Assembly (NCBI RefSeq): GCF_009834535.1
Contig: NC_045696.1
Coordinates: forward strand, 58,406,001 to 58,470,000
Length of the DNA stretch: 64,000 nt
DNA from: Camelus ferus
Taxonomy: Eukaryota
Direction: 5' to 3'
Positions within the stretch are counted from its first letter, which is position 1; every line of letters starts with the position of its first letter. The notes below the pieces were generated by a model that saw only the letters and a program-made list of their open reading frames with translations, was not told the DNA's origin and did not search any database. Below, piece after piece: positions 24,785 through 38,287 of this stretch. Position numbers and translations under genes: made by a program.

Positions 24785-24877
24785 TCCATAGTGGCCTTTC
24801 TGAAGGATCCCAAAGGGCCCCCACTGTGGGAGGAAGATCCTGGAGCCAAAGATGTTGTCCACATTGACAGTGAAAAG
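24785..24877 (+). CDS. PDIA5: PDIA5 exon 6 (93 nt): SIVAFLKDPKGPPLWEEDPGAKDVVHIDSEK
   Basis: Long polypyrimidine tract ending ttttctcag|TCC, donor AAG|gtaatt; phase 0 to 0; visible inside ORF 24686..25060. Confidence 0.97.
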
Positions 24878-25190
24878 GTAATTTCCCCCTATCAGTTCTG
24901 CTGGGCTCTGGAAGCTTTCCCACAACCAGGGTCTCCCAGGAGAGATGCCCAAGGAACTGAGAAACGAGAGTGTTTTGGGACCATCAGGCTGAGGGCAGGG
25001 ACCAGGACCCTGACGTTTGATTCCCCTACCCAGCTCCGTGACAGAACCGACAGGAGATGACAGACTGGCTGCCCGAGCGCTTCCTCCTGTTCTACACTGC
25101 CTTAATCCATGTACTTCAGCATGTTTAGGTTCTCCTATCATTTTAAATGTTTTCTGGGATTGTTGCTGGGATTGCCAGTGTGACTTCTGG

Positions 25191-25293
25191 GTTTTATTTT
25201 TTGTTTTTTTTTTTAATGGAGATACTGGGAGTTAAACCCAGAACCTTGGGCATGCTAAGCATTTGCTCTACCACTAAGCTATATCCAACCCCC
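25191..25293 (-). mobile_element. tRNA-Ala-derived SINE (vic-1-type)
   Basis: Reverse complement reads gggggttggatatagcttagtggtagagcaaatgcttagcatgcccaaggttctgggtttaactcccagtatctcca followed by an A tail. Confidence 0.88.
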
Positions 25294-27930
25294 ATGTTTT
25301 TTGTTTTTTTAAATTGGGTTTTGTTTTTGTGTGTGTGTAATTTTGTTTTAAGTCTAGTCTGAAAGGTTTGAGTTGGATTTCTAGAGACTTGGGTCAGGTC
25401 TCTGATTCTGAGTTATTGGGTTAACTTTGAACAAGTTGTTTACTTCATTTTCTGGGTTTGGCTGGGGTGGAGGGTTGGGGAGTGGAAGGGTGGTTCTGAT
25501 GTATAGTCTGCTCACAACCCTGACACCCTCCTCCTTTCAAAGCCTGCCCCGCCTGCCCTGAATGTGCCTCTCTGTCTACGGGTACCTGTGTGTGTATCAC
25601 GTGCATGTGTGTGCCTTGCTTGCGTGGCTCTGCCTTCAGGTTGGGATGGGCACAAGCTACTTTGTCACATTTCAAATGGTCTGTGAGGCAAGCAGTGCTT
25701 TTTTGTAGATAGAGAATGTTTGTTTATATCTTGGTAACATAAAATGTACCTTTTATCTTTCTTTGCCTCCCTCCCTTTTCATTTAAAATTATTGACTCTT
25801 AATGCTCGTTAGCACACACACAAAAATGATGCCATTTATACTTTCTGGAGGAGGGATCCTGTGTGATCATTCGCGGGCCAACCATGTGGGCCTTTCAGAT
25901 TAAGGGCTGGGCATCAACATTTCTCTGGGATAGAAAGAGCCAGCATTGCCAACTGGCAAGGTGAAGCCTTTTCAAAAAGCATGCTGGGGGCAAAGGCAGC
26001 GGGGCAAGTGTCAGGAGGTAGTGGCCCTGTGCCTATAGCCATGAAATGACGAACAGCCTAAACTGATATTTTCTCCCAGGTAGATGTGATCATACTTGTT
26101 TTTAGCTTTTCTAGAAAGTGATTGCCTGCCGCCTCCCTCCGCCAAATCGTTCATGTCCCGGAACTCCTAAAATTGGTCTTCTGTAACTAGAAATTATTAA
26201 GCAGAAATTCTTTCTTTACACCTGTGGGCAGTCCCCTTGTTACACTTGGTGCTGTTCTCACTCACGTAGAAGTATGAGGCATGGCTACTTTTCTGCCAGT
26301 GGACTCCCCACGTAAAATCACTGAAGTTCCAAATTCAAGTTTGAGTTATTGATTGACATTTGTAAGCTTAGAGTTCCACACTTACTTGGAGGTAATTAAG
26401 CATCTTTGAATGTAATGTAATATTTGTTAATCCTCAGGATGTGAAACCAAAATACTGCAGGCTCAGAGAAGCCTTTTTCCCCAGATCTTTTACCGGTGTT
26501 AGCTCCAGGGACTCCAGAAAATCATTTTCAAAGCATTTGCATCCTCCATCAGGGTCAAAGATCTTGGTTACTAATTCTGCTTAAAATGAGTGCCTTAACC
26601 CTGTAGTTATATAAATAAGAGTACACGTTTTCAGACTTTGTTATACAATGTTTTAAATTCCCGTAAAATATTTGTAATCTTTTTTTACCTAACTGAAAAA
26701 TTATAATGTATATTCATTGTTGAAAATTTAGAAAACATAGCTTAAGCATAAAAGAAAGAAAAAAAAATTCACCCCATCCCTCCGCGTTGAGAGATACCCA
26801 CTTCCAGTATTTTCTGTAGCCGTCCAGACTTTCAACGTAACGTACACACAGATATTTGTACTCACAAAAGTGTCATTACATTTTATATGCTGTTTTGTAA
26901 CTTCCTCCCTCTCCTTAATGTAAGGTGCACATCTGGCTATGACATTAAATACTCCTCTTTGTCATTTTTAAGGATGCAGTAGTAGCCCGTTGTGTGGGGT
27001 GTACCGTCATCTATTTATCACCCAGTGCCAGGAAGGTGCATTTTGAAATTTCTTCTTATTTTCCTTACTATTCAAAAGAGGAGAAGTTCGAATTTTCTTC
27101 CATGGTAACTGGTTCGAGGAGCTTATTTTAATCAAAATATGCTCTGTCATCGTGCTACTCCACAGTCCTTGATAGATTCACTTTTTCTGGTTGGAAGAAA
27201 AGTCTCCCACCCTGCTTTATGCTGAAGTCTCTCCATTAGCACTGTTGCAACCATTTGTCTTTTTACATTTATTGTGTTCATTTAACAAATAATTATATAT
27301 TGCCTGATAATGAACCAGGCGCTGTTCTAAGGGTTTTACAAATACAAATGATCCGTTCAGCTTGTAGCCTCCTAGAGGTGGGGGCACATCTCATCTCATC
27401 CATATGCTGCTGTGTGCACCGTGGACTTCTGGGGCCCTGGACAGTGTGGTTGGGCTGGGCAGGGAGAAGAGGTTCTTTGGGGTGGGTTAACCCTGTGTTA
27501 TGTGACGAGCAGGTCCCCATCTGGCCAAGTCAGGCCTCCATGAAAACAAGCACGCATCACAACAGAACGTGCTCCATAGATCACATGAAGAAGGGGTGGC
27601 CTGGCCAACCTGGGACCAGGTTGCTCCTTGCAGTCTTTAATTGTTCATCTGGAGCTCAGAGAGGCCAGTAGCCTGGTCCTGACTGCTTGGTCCCACCAGG
27701 TGGCCTTGGGAAAGCCACTTGTCCCCTCGGGACCTCAGTTTCCCCATCTGTAACATGCCAGGTGGCTAGAATGGATGATCTCAGCTCCCAGTGTGCTGAG
27801 ACTCTGCACTGTGCCCCCCAAGTCAGACCCTGGGGTTTCCTCACACCATGTGGGTCTTGGGGTGGGCGGGGAACGTCACCTCCATTACTATGTTGTGTGT
27901 GACCTGTGGTGTCCTCTTTTTGTGCCCCAG

Positions 27931-27991
27931 GACTTCAGACGGCTCCTAAAGAAGGAGGAGAAGCCAATCCTCATCATCTTTTATTCTCCCT
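27931..27991 (+). CDS. PDIA5: PDIA5 exon 7 (61 nt): DFRRLLKKEEKPILIIFYSP(W)
   Basis: Acceptor tttttgtgccccag|GAC, donor CCT|gtgagt; phase 0 to 1, splitting the Trp codon that precedes CXXC. Confidence 0.96.
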
Positions 27992-28642
27992 GTGAGTGAC
28001 TTCCTCCGTGGGGCCCAAGGTCATTGTTCAGGCCCTTGGCGGGGCTGCTGGTGGGTGCGGGGATGCTGGAGTTGAGCCCCTGCCTCTCACTTAGATTGCC
28101 CAGGCACTTCCGCACCCCACCTCTCTGTCTGTGCCTCTTTTCCTTCATCTTTGCTGTTTCATCTGGCTCCCCCACCCCCATCTCCCCCTCCACGTCTCTC
28201 ACTAGATTTGGCATCCTGCCCTCTTCAACTAGTGGCAGGACGGGTCTCCACCTGCTCCAGGTACCTCTGCCCTCCCGGCCCCGCCTCCGTTGGGCCTACC
28301 ACCCTTCCCTGGCCGCTGTGTGCCCTGTGGAGGATCTGAGGGTCTGAGGGGCTCCTGCTGTTCACCACCAGAGCCTGGCTGGCTCCTGTGTGCCCCTGCC
28401 AGTGCCACTTGGGTGGGCTGACGGGAATCTGGACCAGGGAGAAGGAGGCTGGTATTTGGGTTTGGTCTCTGTATGAGGCAAGAGACCATGGGAACAGCAG
28501 AAGGACCATCGAGATGACAACCAGAAGACCTGGGGACTCATTCCAGCTATGTCACCAGCAAGCAGGGTGACCTTGGTCACATCCTTCACTGCTCTGTATC
28601 TCAGTTCCATTTCTCTAAGGGAAGGAAGGGGCTGGATCAGAG

Positions 28643-29010
28643 CAGTGGCTTTCAAACTTTTTGACTGTATTTCATAGTATTAAACATATATTACATTGTA
28701 ACCCATTACTACAATTGTAGGTAAACTGTATATAAGTAAGCTGAAAAGTGTCACAAAACCATACTCACTCTTACTACTTGACATCCACTCAGCTAGATGT
28801 AGTACACACTGTTTTATTTAAAAATTAATTTTTCTTATTAATTCATAGCCCTATTATAAAGGGTCAGCAAATCGTGGCCCATGGGCTGACTGCCTCTTAC
28901 TGTAAATTAAATTTTGTGGGAACACAGTCACATCTATTAGTTTACAGGTTGTCTGTGACTGTCTTCAAGCTCCAGCAGTGGAATTGGCTAGTCTGCAAAG
29001 TCAGTGTCTG
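28643..29010. mobile_element. hAT-Charlie-type relics (cagtggctttcaaac... element followed by a MER58-like element)
   Basis: Charlie-type terminal sequence at 28643; gggtcagcaaatcgtggccc...tttgtgggaacacagtcacatc at 28861 resembles MER58. Confidence 0.55.
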
Positions 29011-30191
29011 CAAAGCCACAGATATTCCCCATCTGGGCCACCCTGCAGTCTGGTTCCCACCTACAGACTGAGAAACCCTGGATTAGAGCCTGTGTACGGC
29101 CTTTAGACCCATGACTTTTGAAGTGCATGTGCATCCAGGAAGCCGAAGGACTAAAGGCTGGAGCGAGAGGGTCTGTGAGTGGTGGGAGATGGGTGTGCCC
29201 AGGCCTGTGACTCAAGTGTGTTTCACAGGCTGTGACACCAGGGTTTTGTTTATTCTTGAAAGCCCGCCTTCAGTGCCCCTTCCTGAGAAGTTCTCCCAGC
29301 AGAGGCCCCTCCCATCTTCACCCTGGGGCCAGATACCCTTCGATGGGATTCTGGTGGGTCTGCCTGACTTGGGCCTGTGGCTTGTTCAGAGTGACAGCAG
29401 CCTCTCCCCAGTCTGTGTTGACTGCTGGATAGTCCCCCACCCAACCTCCCCCCACACCGTACTGCCCCATGGGTGTGCCTGCCCGTGGAAAGAGGCTCTG
29501 GTGTCCCATTTCCTGTTAGAGGTGGCTCTGGGCCGGCGGTCTGCACTTTAACCCTGGGTCATTCTCTCTATTAGCGTTTGTTGGTTGGTTTCACCTCAGA
29601 GGGATCTTCTTGGCTGCACAACCTTTTGAGGACGGGCCTCCTTTGGTTTGTCTCAGAACCCTGCTGGTCTCAACACATTGGTCAATGAGACTAAAACAGA
29701 GTGGATGTCAGTATGCAGTACATGTCACAAGGCAGGATCATGGTATAACTGTGCAGGTTTCAGTGTGACCTCCAGAGAGTGGTTCACTAGCAGTGTGCAC
29801 CTGAGTGCGTGTGCCGTGCCCCGACCCCAACCCCCGGCCATCCCCTCATCAGAGCAGGCAGAGCAGTGAGCAAGATCATCATCTTTATAGAATAGAAAGC
29901 TGGGGGAAGAAGCTAGGTTCCTTGTAGGAATTAGTCATGGGGTTGGGGGGAGAAAACTCGGAGCTGTTAAGTTTACTACTTGTGGTGAGGGGTCGGATTG
30001 GATGGCCTCTTGGGTCCTGGGTAGCCCCAGATTGTGTGGCTACTGTTGTTTTCAATGAAACAAACTCGTGCTTTTATTATATTAGACCAGTCAAGCCCTC
30101 CTGGCCTCATAATTCATTTTATTCCTAGGAAACACCAGTTCCCTGACTGGGATGTCTTTTAGGACTCTTTGATCCTTTGATCACAATTGAT

Positions 30192-30506
30192 CTTTTTTTT
30201 AATTGAAGTACCATCAGTTACAGTGTTTCAATTTCTGGTGTACAGCACAATGTCCCAGTCAATGCATATACACACATATATTCATTTTCATATTTTTTTT
30301 CATTAAGGGTTAGTACAAAATACTGAACATAGTTCCCTGTGCTATACAACAGAAACTTTTTTTTAAATCTATTTTTATATATAGTAGCTAACATTTGTAA
30401 ATCTCAAACTGCCAAATTTATCCGTCTCCATTCCCTTCCCTGGTGACCGTAACATTGTTTACTATGTCTGCGAGTCTGTTTCTGTTTTGTGGTTGAGCTC
30501 ATAGTG
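30192..30506 (-). mobile_element. 5'-truncated L1 3' UTR fragment
   Basis: Poly-T plus L1 3' UTR; TSD ctttgatcaca at 30175-30185 and 30507-30517; same subfamily as the nested copy at 58528-58904. Confidence 0.88.
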
Positions 30507-32984
30507 CTTTGATCACAGGATGAATGAGCCCAAAGGCAGTGGGAGCCTTTAGTTGTGACCAGACGTCTAGGTCCACAGGACCTATTGTTTATTCAGTGAC
30601 TGTTGACTGAATTAATGAGGAAGTAAAAGGGCTGGTGTGCTCACTTTTGGGATTTTAGAGTGGTAATTAGTCTTCTCTTCCCCTGCCTCCCAGGTGAACC
30701 AGTTGAAGGCTAAACTCAGGTGGGGGTCACAGTTCCAGCTCTGTTTTTGGTCAGGTGGAAACTGGCTTGGTCTGCAGCTCCCTGTTAGTCTTCCATCACC
30801 TCTTTCCCCCATACCTTCTTCACCCCATGCTGCTGGCTTCCACCCACGGGGACAGCTGGCTGACTGACCACTTCTTCAGGGGATGTGGGGGCTAATGTTG
30901 CTGCAGGCGGACGACAGGCCTTGCTGGAAGAGAGAGAGGCCGCGCCGGTGAGGACAAGCAGTAAATTAAGCTCCTGACCGCTGAGATGTGACCCACTGGG
31001 TGCCAGACTCCCCCATCTCATCAAGTCACTGAGCAAGGAGTGGGGGAAGGGCTGCAAGTGTGCCCCCCGTCATCCTCCCTCCTGGGGGTGGAGTGACACC
31101 CTCTGGTCCCTGTGGGAGTGTCTCCCCACCACAGACTGGGAGGCAGACTCTCAGGCCTTGTGTTGTAGAACCTGCCCTGCTGGTGCCTGGTTCTGCCTGC
31201 CCTCCTGGGTGTTGGCTCTGCCCCTCAGCCTGCAGGGCACATGCCGTCTCCACAGAAGGGGAAGCTGAGGCTCAGATTACTCACAGCACTAGCCCACGGT
31301 CACACACAGCAGTGGTCAAGGGGAGATGCGTACCTTGGTCTCATTCTCCCCAGAGCCGAGCCCCTTCCTCTGCCTCTGCGTGGCATCCACCTGGTGCAGC
31401 CCAGGCTTCCCAGGGAGTTGGCATCACTGTCTGTTTCCATTCTCCTCTCCCCACAGTGGAAATCCCCACAGTGGGAACAAAGCCCCCTGACCCGTGTCAT
31501 ATTCCTCCCTTCCTGGAGCTTGTGAGGGTCATGCTGTGGTGGCAGCTCCTTGTCTTCTGAGGACAGATGCTGTAGGATTGCACTGCAAGCTGACCTTGCC
31601 CCAGCCTCCTGCGTTTCCCAAGTCTGAGCCTGAACTTAAGCCCAGGCTGAATGTGCTGGTGTGTGTGTGCATCTGTCCCCTAGGCAGGAGTGTCAGGGAG
31701 GGGGCCGTGGGCATTTTGAGAGTTTAATGTCAGGATATCCTGCATCACATCTTGTGCAGTAGAATTGGTGCTGGGGAGGTTCAGGTGGTCCCTGGGGAGT
31801 TTTGACCTGCTCACAGTTTTTCAGTGTCTGTTTCTGTCTCCATGGTTGAGAGCACCCCTCTGATCTGTACTACTCTGCCCACGGCCTGCCAAGGCATTAG
31901 CTGAGTGTGGATTAGAGCTTGTCAGCCTGCTGCCACATAGCCCTGTCCCCGCTGTGCCATGTTGAAATGAGCCTCCAGCCTGACACGGGGCTCCAGGCAG
32001 CTTTGGTGTCTGTGGCCTTAAGAGGCAGCTCAAATCCTGTTTTGCAGCAGCGCATCTGTCAGAAAGAGTAACGGCCTGGCATGTTTGAGTTCCTTGTGTC
32101 TGAGGAAACCGCTGCTCGTGTCCTGCGGGGTCAGTGCCTGTATGTGTCTTGCTCTGGTTGAAGGCGAGGGGTGGTTTAGATCAGGGTCACTCTGAGGTAG
32201 CAGTAGGTGTTTGGGACCTGGCTGTCTTGGCCCTGAGTCTCTGAAGGCTTCACCACCCAGCAGGGGAGTGTGACGGTGATGGACCACAGAACCCAGTGTG
32301 GACTGAGCCAAAGACATCTCAGAGTCCCAAGTCAGGGCTGGGAGGGGCCTGAGGTCATCTGGCCCATCATTGCCAGAAGGGGCAGCGGCCCAGAGAGAGG
32401 AGGTGACCTGTCTGGAGCCATCCAGCAGATGGGGGAAGATGAGGATTCAAGTGTCGATCCTGATTGGTGCTTGGCCACCTCCAGTCATAATGTGGTTGTC
32501 CTTGTTAATGAAAGAAAAGAGGCACGAAATCCCCAAAGCCATTTGTGTTTGCACAATTTTCCTCCTAATGGCATTCAATTTAGGTGCATCTGCAGCCCCT
32601 GGCTGGGCAGGGGCACCGAAGGGAGGCTTTTAGCTATGCGTGGTGAAGGGGTGCCTTCCTGGCACCTGCTCTGGCTCCCTGAATTCCTGTTGAACTCATT
32701 ATCAGCTCTGAATTATTCAGTACTTTGCCCTCCCCCAGCTGGGCCCCGTTTCCTTAGTCCCACATTTATTGAGTGACTGCTGGCCTGGGTCCTGTTTCAT
32801 GCGTTGAGATTGGAAACTCCTTGGGGGCCGGGGCCTCTGCTTTGTTCTGTGTGTTCCCAGAGTCTGGGGTGGTCCCGCACTTCTGGAGGCGGCATAAAGG
32901 CTGTTGGTAAAGGTCGGGAGGGGGGAGAGGGCGGGGCTTTGGGCCCATTGTAACCACTTTGGTTTTTCTCCTGCTGGTGACCAG

Positions 32985-33052
32985 GGTGCAGCTTGTGCAA
33001 GAGGACAATGCCGCATTTCCAGAAGGCTGCGACCCAGCTGCGAGGCCAGTTT
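32985..33052 (+). CDS. PDIA5: PDIA5 exon 8 (68 nt): (W)CSLCKRTMPHFQKAATQLRGQF, first CXXC active site
   Basis: Acceptor ggtgaccag|GG, donor TTT|gtaagt; CSLC codons at 32987-32998; phase 1 to 0. Confidence 0.96.
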
Positions 33053-36000
33053 GTAAGTGAACGCCATGGGCTGGGCAGAGCCGGCTGGCTGGCTGGCTGG
33101 TTGGTTCTCTCCTTCTTCCTCTCACTTGGGGAGACAGTGGAGTATGGGTAGTGGGGTGGGCGGAGAGGGCAGATTTTGAAATTATGAGGACTTTATTACT
33201 GTGCCCCTGCTGCCCCGGCATGTGGTTCAGAGACCTGTCCTCAGTGGACATTGAGAACCCCCTGAATTGTTTGGACCAGGAGAGGTAGGCAACTGTGATG
33301 AAATAGCCAAGAAACCAGCAAGAAGCACATGCGGTGTTGCTGGGAGGCCAGGGGCCAAGAGCAGACTGTCAGGGGTCCAGAGTGACAGGGGCTAGTCTCC
33401 AGAGTGGGCTGAGGCTATTGATGCCAAGGAACCCAGTGGAGAAGAAAGGGGCACAGTTACACCAGAGATGGGCCCAAAGAACAAGCGGGTCCATGGGGCA
33501 GTCTCCTGGCCAGGCTTGCAGGGCTCTGTGGTTCCTGTGGGGCAGGAAAGACACTGGAACCACAGCAGTGAGAGGTGGTCCAGATGGGGAGCCAGAGAGC
33601 TGAGCGTGCAGTCTTCTCTGAAGGAGAGTGTGCCAGAGGAGTGGGCAGTAGATGGGTGTCTCAGGGATGTCCACCTTTAAGGACAAAAGGGGGAACGGGG
33701 AGCCACTGAGGAAATGAGCCTTAGAGAAGTAGGAGCAGCCAGGATGGTCAGTGAGGAAGGAGGGGAGTCCGGGCCGTCAGACCTCACCTAGGGCTGAGCA
33801 TCATTCACTGATGGTCCTGGTCATCTCTGTATCTCCTCTTACCCGCCAGGCTTACCTCTTCTGTGCTACAGATCTGTCCATTTTGGCACTTACCCTGAGC
33901 CACAGAGGTTTTAGGGTTTTTGTTTGGTTGGTTTTTGGGTGGTTTTTTTGTTTTGTTTTGTTTTTTGTTTTTTGGTTTTGGTGACAACAGAAAAATAACT
34001 GCTAGCTCCTCTGATGAGCATGGAAAAATCCATATGCCTTTCATGAAAGGTCATTGGGAGGAGCCATCTCTTGTGGGGCTGGCCAAAGTCCCATTAAAGG
34101 AGTCCTGAGATCTTAAAACTGCATCATGATCTTAATGGATCAAATTAAGCTGATGAATAGTTCAAAGTCAATGTAAAAAGTTTAAACGGCAGCACCTGAG
34201 CATGGTGGCCAAGACTGGGTTGCAAAGAACCAGGCGCTTTCCCTTTTGACCTCATTTCTGGGACGACACCGAGGTCCTGCTTGTTTCTGAATAACGAATT
34301 TTTAGCAACGTGCCTGGAGACGTTTGGCCCTGGGGCACACATACATCACTCTGGGGAAGTTTCTCTTCACATTTTGCAGCCTCAGTAGATACTATATTTT
34401 GAGATTACTTCGCCTGGAGAAAAGACTTAATTACCCAGAGAGTTCTCCTATTACACCTGCATTCACTTAGACAGCTGCTCAGCTCAACCTCCAAACTGTA
34501 GTGCAGTGGAAGGTGATGAGATCTAGCCCTGATCAAATCATGAACTAGCTGGCCAGCCCCGTCAGAGCAGGCGACGGCTTGGTGCCAGTCTTGTGGACCT
34601 TCTGGAAGATTCTATCTGCCAAACTCAGCATTTCTCCAGGTCCCTCCAGTGCTCCCCCAGGGCCTGTCCCTGCCATGCACGGTCAGGTCGGCTTGTGTTC
34701 CGGATCACTTTGTGCACCAGTAGTAAGATACTCCCACTGAGATGTGAGCTCGTGGAGCCCAGGGGCTTTGATCCGCATTTGTTTCTTCAGCACAGAGCAC
34801 ACAGCCACACTCAGAGTAGGTGCCCGACGCGTGCTAATGAGTGAATGAGTATGTGGTTACTGCTCCTGGGCACATTTTATTTTAAGCTCTATATTTACAT
34901 TAAAAGCGATGTTCCCCTTTTTAAAGGAATTCAGAACATCAGTTATGAAGGACAGAGGCAAAGTGGGAAGGATATTTGTGGAACAGAAGCCTCCTCCTTG
35001 GCCCAGGGTTCACATGAGGCTCTTTTGCAAGGTTAGCCATGAAGATCACGTGCATTAAGGGTACTGCTTCCAAAAGAGAAAAAAACCAAAAACAGTTCCT
35101 GCTTTTCCTGCCTGGGACCAGCTCAAGAAATGTAAAAGGTGACCCTCCCAGTTCCCTAGACAATGTTCTAGAAAAGTGAGTGGGATTGTCTGGGTACTCA
35201 GAGAGCCCAGCTGGTCAAGCCTGGCTTTGGTTGGGTGTGTTAGTTACCTCAGCCCAAGGATCTGTTTTACATGAACTCATCCATTTCATTGCTTCTGTAT
35301 TTTCTTGCTTGGGGTTTTTTGTTTACTTACCTCTCCCCAGGAACAGGGCAACCAGAGGCGTGGATTCCTTTCTGGCCTCATACACCGGGCAGAGATGGGC
35401 TGCTAGTCCCCAGAAATCAAAAGTACACCCCTCCCCACTGCTGCAGTCCAGCTGGATTAGTACCTCCCATCTCCTCCTTATTCTGTCACCCTTGAGCTCT
35501 TTTTTGGCTGGCCATGTCTGTGGCAGGGCTCAGAAACCTTCCTCCTTCTTGGGAGGTGTCCAATCTGATGATGTCATTAAGACGGAAGCCAGGGTGGGTC
35601 AGGGATGCACAGCCTTTGCCATTTTCCAAACTCAGATCTGCCTCTTTTTCTGCTGTCACTGAAGTCTGGTGAATCATCAGCATCTGTGCCATCTACTCCT
35701 GCTAATTGACGTCTTTGTCGGCAGCCACTGCTGCTCCCTGTCTCAGAGGAACTGTCAGAACGAGCCCATCCCCGTCTTCCTCCTCTTCCCAGCCTTGCCA
35801 GTTATCGATGTCTACACAGTCTTTTGTTAACCTTGGCCACGATGTGTCATCTGGATGTGAACAGTGAAATGGGTCAGTCTTGGTGACAGATTTGTGCCCA
35901 TCAGGCTGTGGTGCTGGCTGTCACTAACTGGGTGGGAGATCTTGAACAAATAGCTTTGGAGCCTCTGTTTTCCTGTCTGTAAAATGGGGATGGTAATGCC

Positions 36001-36249
36001 GGCCCTGCCCACCTTCCTGGGTTGTTGGAAGAATGAATGGGCTGGTGTACGGAGACAGCGCTGTAACCTGCAGACACTTCTCAGTTACAGATGGCCAACA
36101 CCCCCTACCCCTGCCCTCACTGCTCTGGGCTTACTGGTCCTTCCATTCACTAAATGGGGGTGCTCCCAAGGTGCTGCTTTCCACCCCGCCCTCTTTTCTT
36201 TCTCATGAACATGTTGGAGCAAGGACCTGGCACTGTGCTGTCCTTGTCT

Positions 36250-36960
36250 CGTATGGTTCGTCACTCAGTGATTTTTACCTATGTCTGTAGCTTCAACAAA
36301 ATGTAGCTCTGTGGAGCCAGAGCCTCTAAGCTCCAGACCCATGTGTCAGACTGCTTGCTTGATATCTTGGTCTGAGTTTTTCTCCCTGTGTCCCAAATGC
36401 AGGTTGTCTAAAATGAAATTCATTGTCTTCCCACATGGCAGACTGCCAGGTTCCCTCCATGGCTCCTCCGAGCACCCCAGGCTCCTCTGCCAGTGTGCCT
36501 TTTTGCCAGGCCATCATCTCCATCTCTCCCCCTCACATCGTCCTCCTCTCACAGCCCACCGCCCTGGGCCAGGCCCTGGTTAGCCCGCACAGGGTGGTGG
36601 CCAAAGACAGCTGCCTTGGCCTTCTAACCCATGGCTCTCCCCTTACAGCTCAGCCTTATACTGCAAAAAAGCACAGCTGGGAAACCTCCAGTATCTCTCC
36701 AGCGTCTCCTGAAGAAGGTCCTGGTTTCTTAGGCATTAAATCCTGGTCCACAGCGACCTCGGTGATCTGGCCTGGCCTTCTCTCACTATTCCCTTCTGTG
36801 TGTCCTGCGCTTAAAATCGGCATGGCCTCCATTTCTTGAGCCACATCTTGGCTTGTCTTGCCATCATTTTCTTTTCCTGGAACATCTGTAGAAATCTCCC
36901 TGTCCTTGACCACTAGCTCACATGCTCCCGCTTTGTGGAACTTCCGTGATTGTTCTCATC
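36250..36960 (+). mobile_element. L2 LINE relic
   Basis: ctgcttgcttgatatctt...aaatgaaattcattgtcttccc...ccatcatctc pattern typical of degenerate L2. Confidence 0.55.
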
Positions 36961-38287
36961 AGAACATGGGCTGAATATGACGAGGAGTGTGTCGTGCCAA
37001 GTGAACGGCCCTGAGCTCACGTGGTTCAGTGTCGAGCGCTGTGGCATAACTTCTCCTTAAGTTGAGACCAGTTTTGCCTCCTTCAGATGCACAAACTTCT
37101 AAAGTGTAAGTGGTTATTTTAAAAAATGTTTATCTTGTTAACTAATAAACACCCTCAAGGTGGTCAGCAGTGCTACAGAAACTCACAGAGTTGAGCCCAT
37201 CACAAGCAGAGGTGGTTTGGAAAGGCCACCGTGGAGGCGGGATGTGATTTGCCTCAAAGGACAGCTGAGTCTTGGGAGGGAGACGAGGGGGAGTGGGCGT
37301 CATGAGCTGAGGGTCTGGAAGACTGGAGTCGGGCACAGTGTGTGTTCTGGGAATGTGAGCAGATATGCAGAGCCTCTTAGTGGTGGTAGTGAACACAGCG
37401 AACAGATTTTGGGTGTTGTAGATACTTACACTGTCCCATTAAGCTGCTCAGCAACCAGAGAAGAGGGCTGCAGATGAGGAAACTGAGGCACAGAGGCAAC
37501 TGTGGCTTGTTCGGGGGAATCATCTGCTGAGAGGGGAGTTAGGATTGAAGCCCAGCATCCTGACCCAGAGCTCACGTGCCGAGCCATTGTGGTACATTGG
37601 CATGTGCGAGGGGCCTCAGATGGCAAACGGTCCAACCTCCTGCTTGTGCAGAAATCTCAGACTGACTCATTCTGGGGAGAGTGAAAAATCTAGACCCTAA
37701 CAGGTGTACAATTAAAGGTTTTGTAAGGAAGAATTCAAAAATGAGAGAGGGACCATATGGTCTTTGAGTGTGGAGTGAGACTTTAGCCTGCATTCAGTGG
37801 AATTGAAAGGTTCTGTGCAGGGAAGTGATGTAATGAAAGAGAAGGATGTGGGAGATTAATCTTGTGAATGTGCACTGACACTAGGGAGATCAATTAGACA
37901 TATAGAAAAAAAGAACTTTAAAGTAGACAGGTTATTACTGAAATTGCTGAATCAGTCTGAGGAAATGAGCAGAAGGGCTTTTGGAGGGTTCCAGGGCTTC
38001 TAGTAAGTTCTGTCTAAGGCTTATTTTCCCTGTATTCCTTGTAGCATCCCAAAATGAGCTGGGAGAAAAAAAGAAAATTTAGCAGACATTTGCTGTGTGC
38101 CTGCTATATGCCAGGCACTGAGCTAGGCACTTAAAACACTTGAGAAGACGTGTTTGGATACCTCTAGGGATGGAGCCACCAGAGGTACAGGTGGCTCCCA
38201 TCACCCAGGATTTGGGAGGAAATAAGGAATATGAGCCTCAGTTTCATGCTAAAATTTGACATGGGTCATCTCATTCAGTTCCTTCTC

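Noticed and set aside
27693..27706. Second CTCF-like motif CCACCAGGTGGCCT upstream of exon 7
   Set aside because: Mismatches at the 3' end of the consensus and lies in MIR-like sequence; too weak to call.
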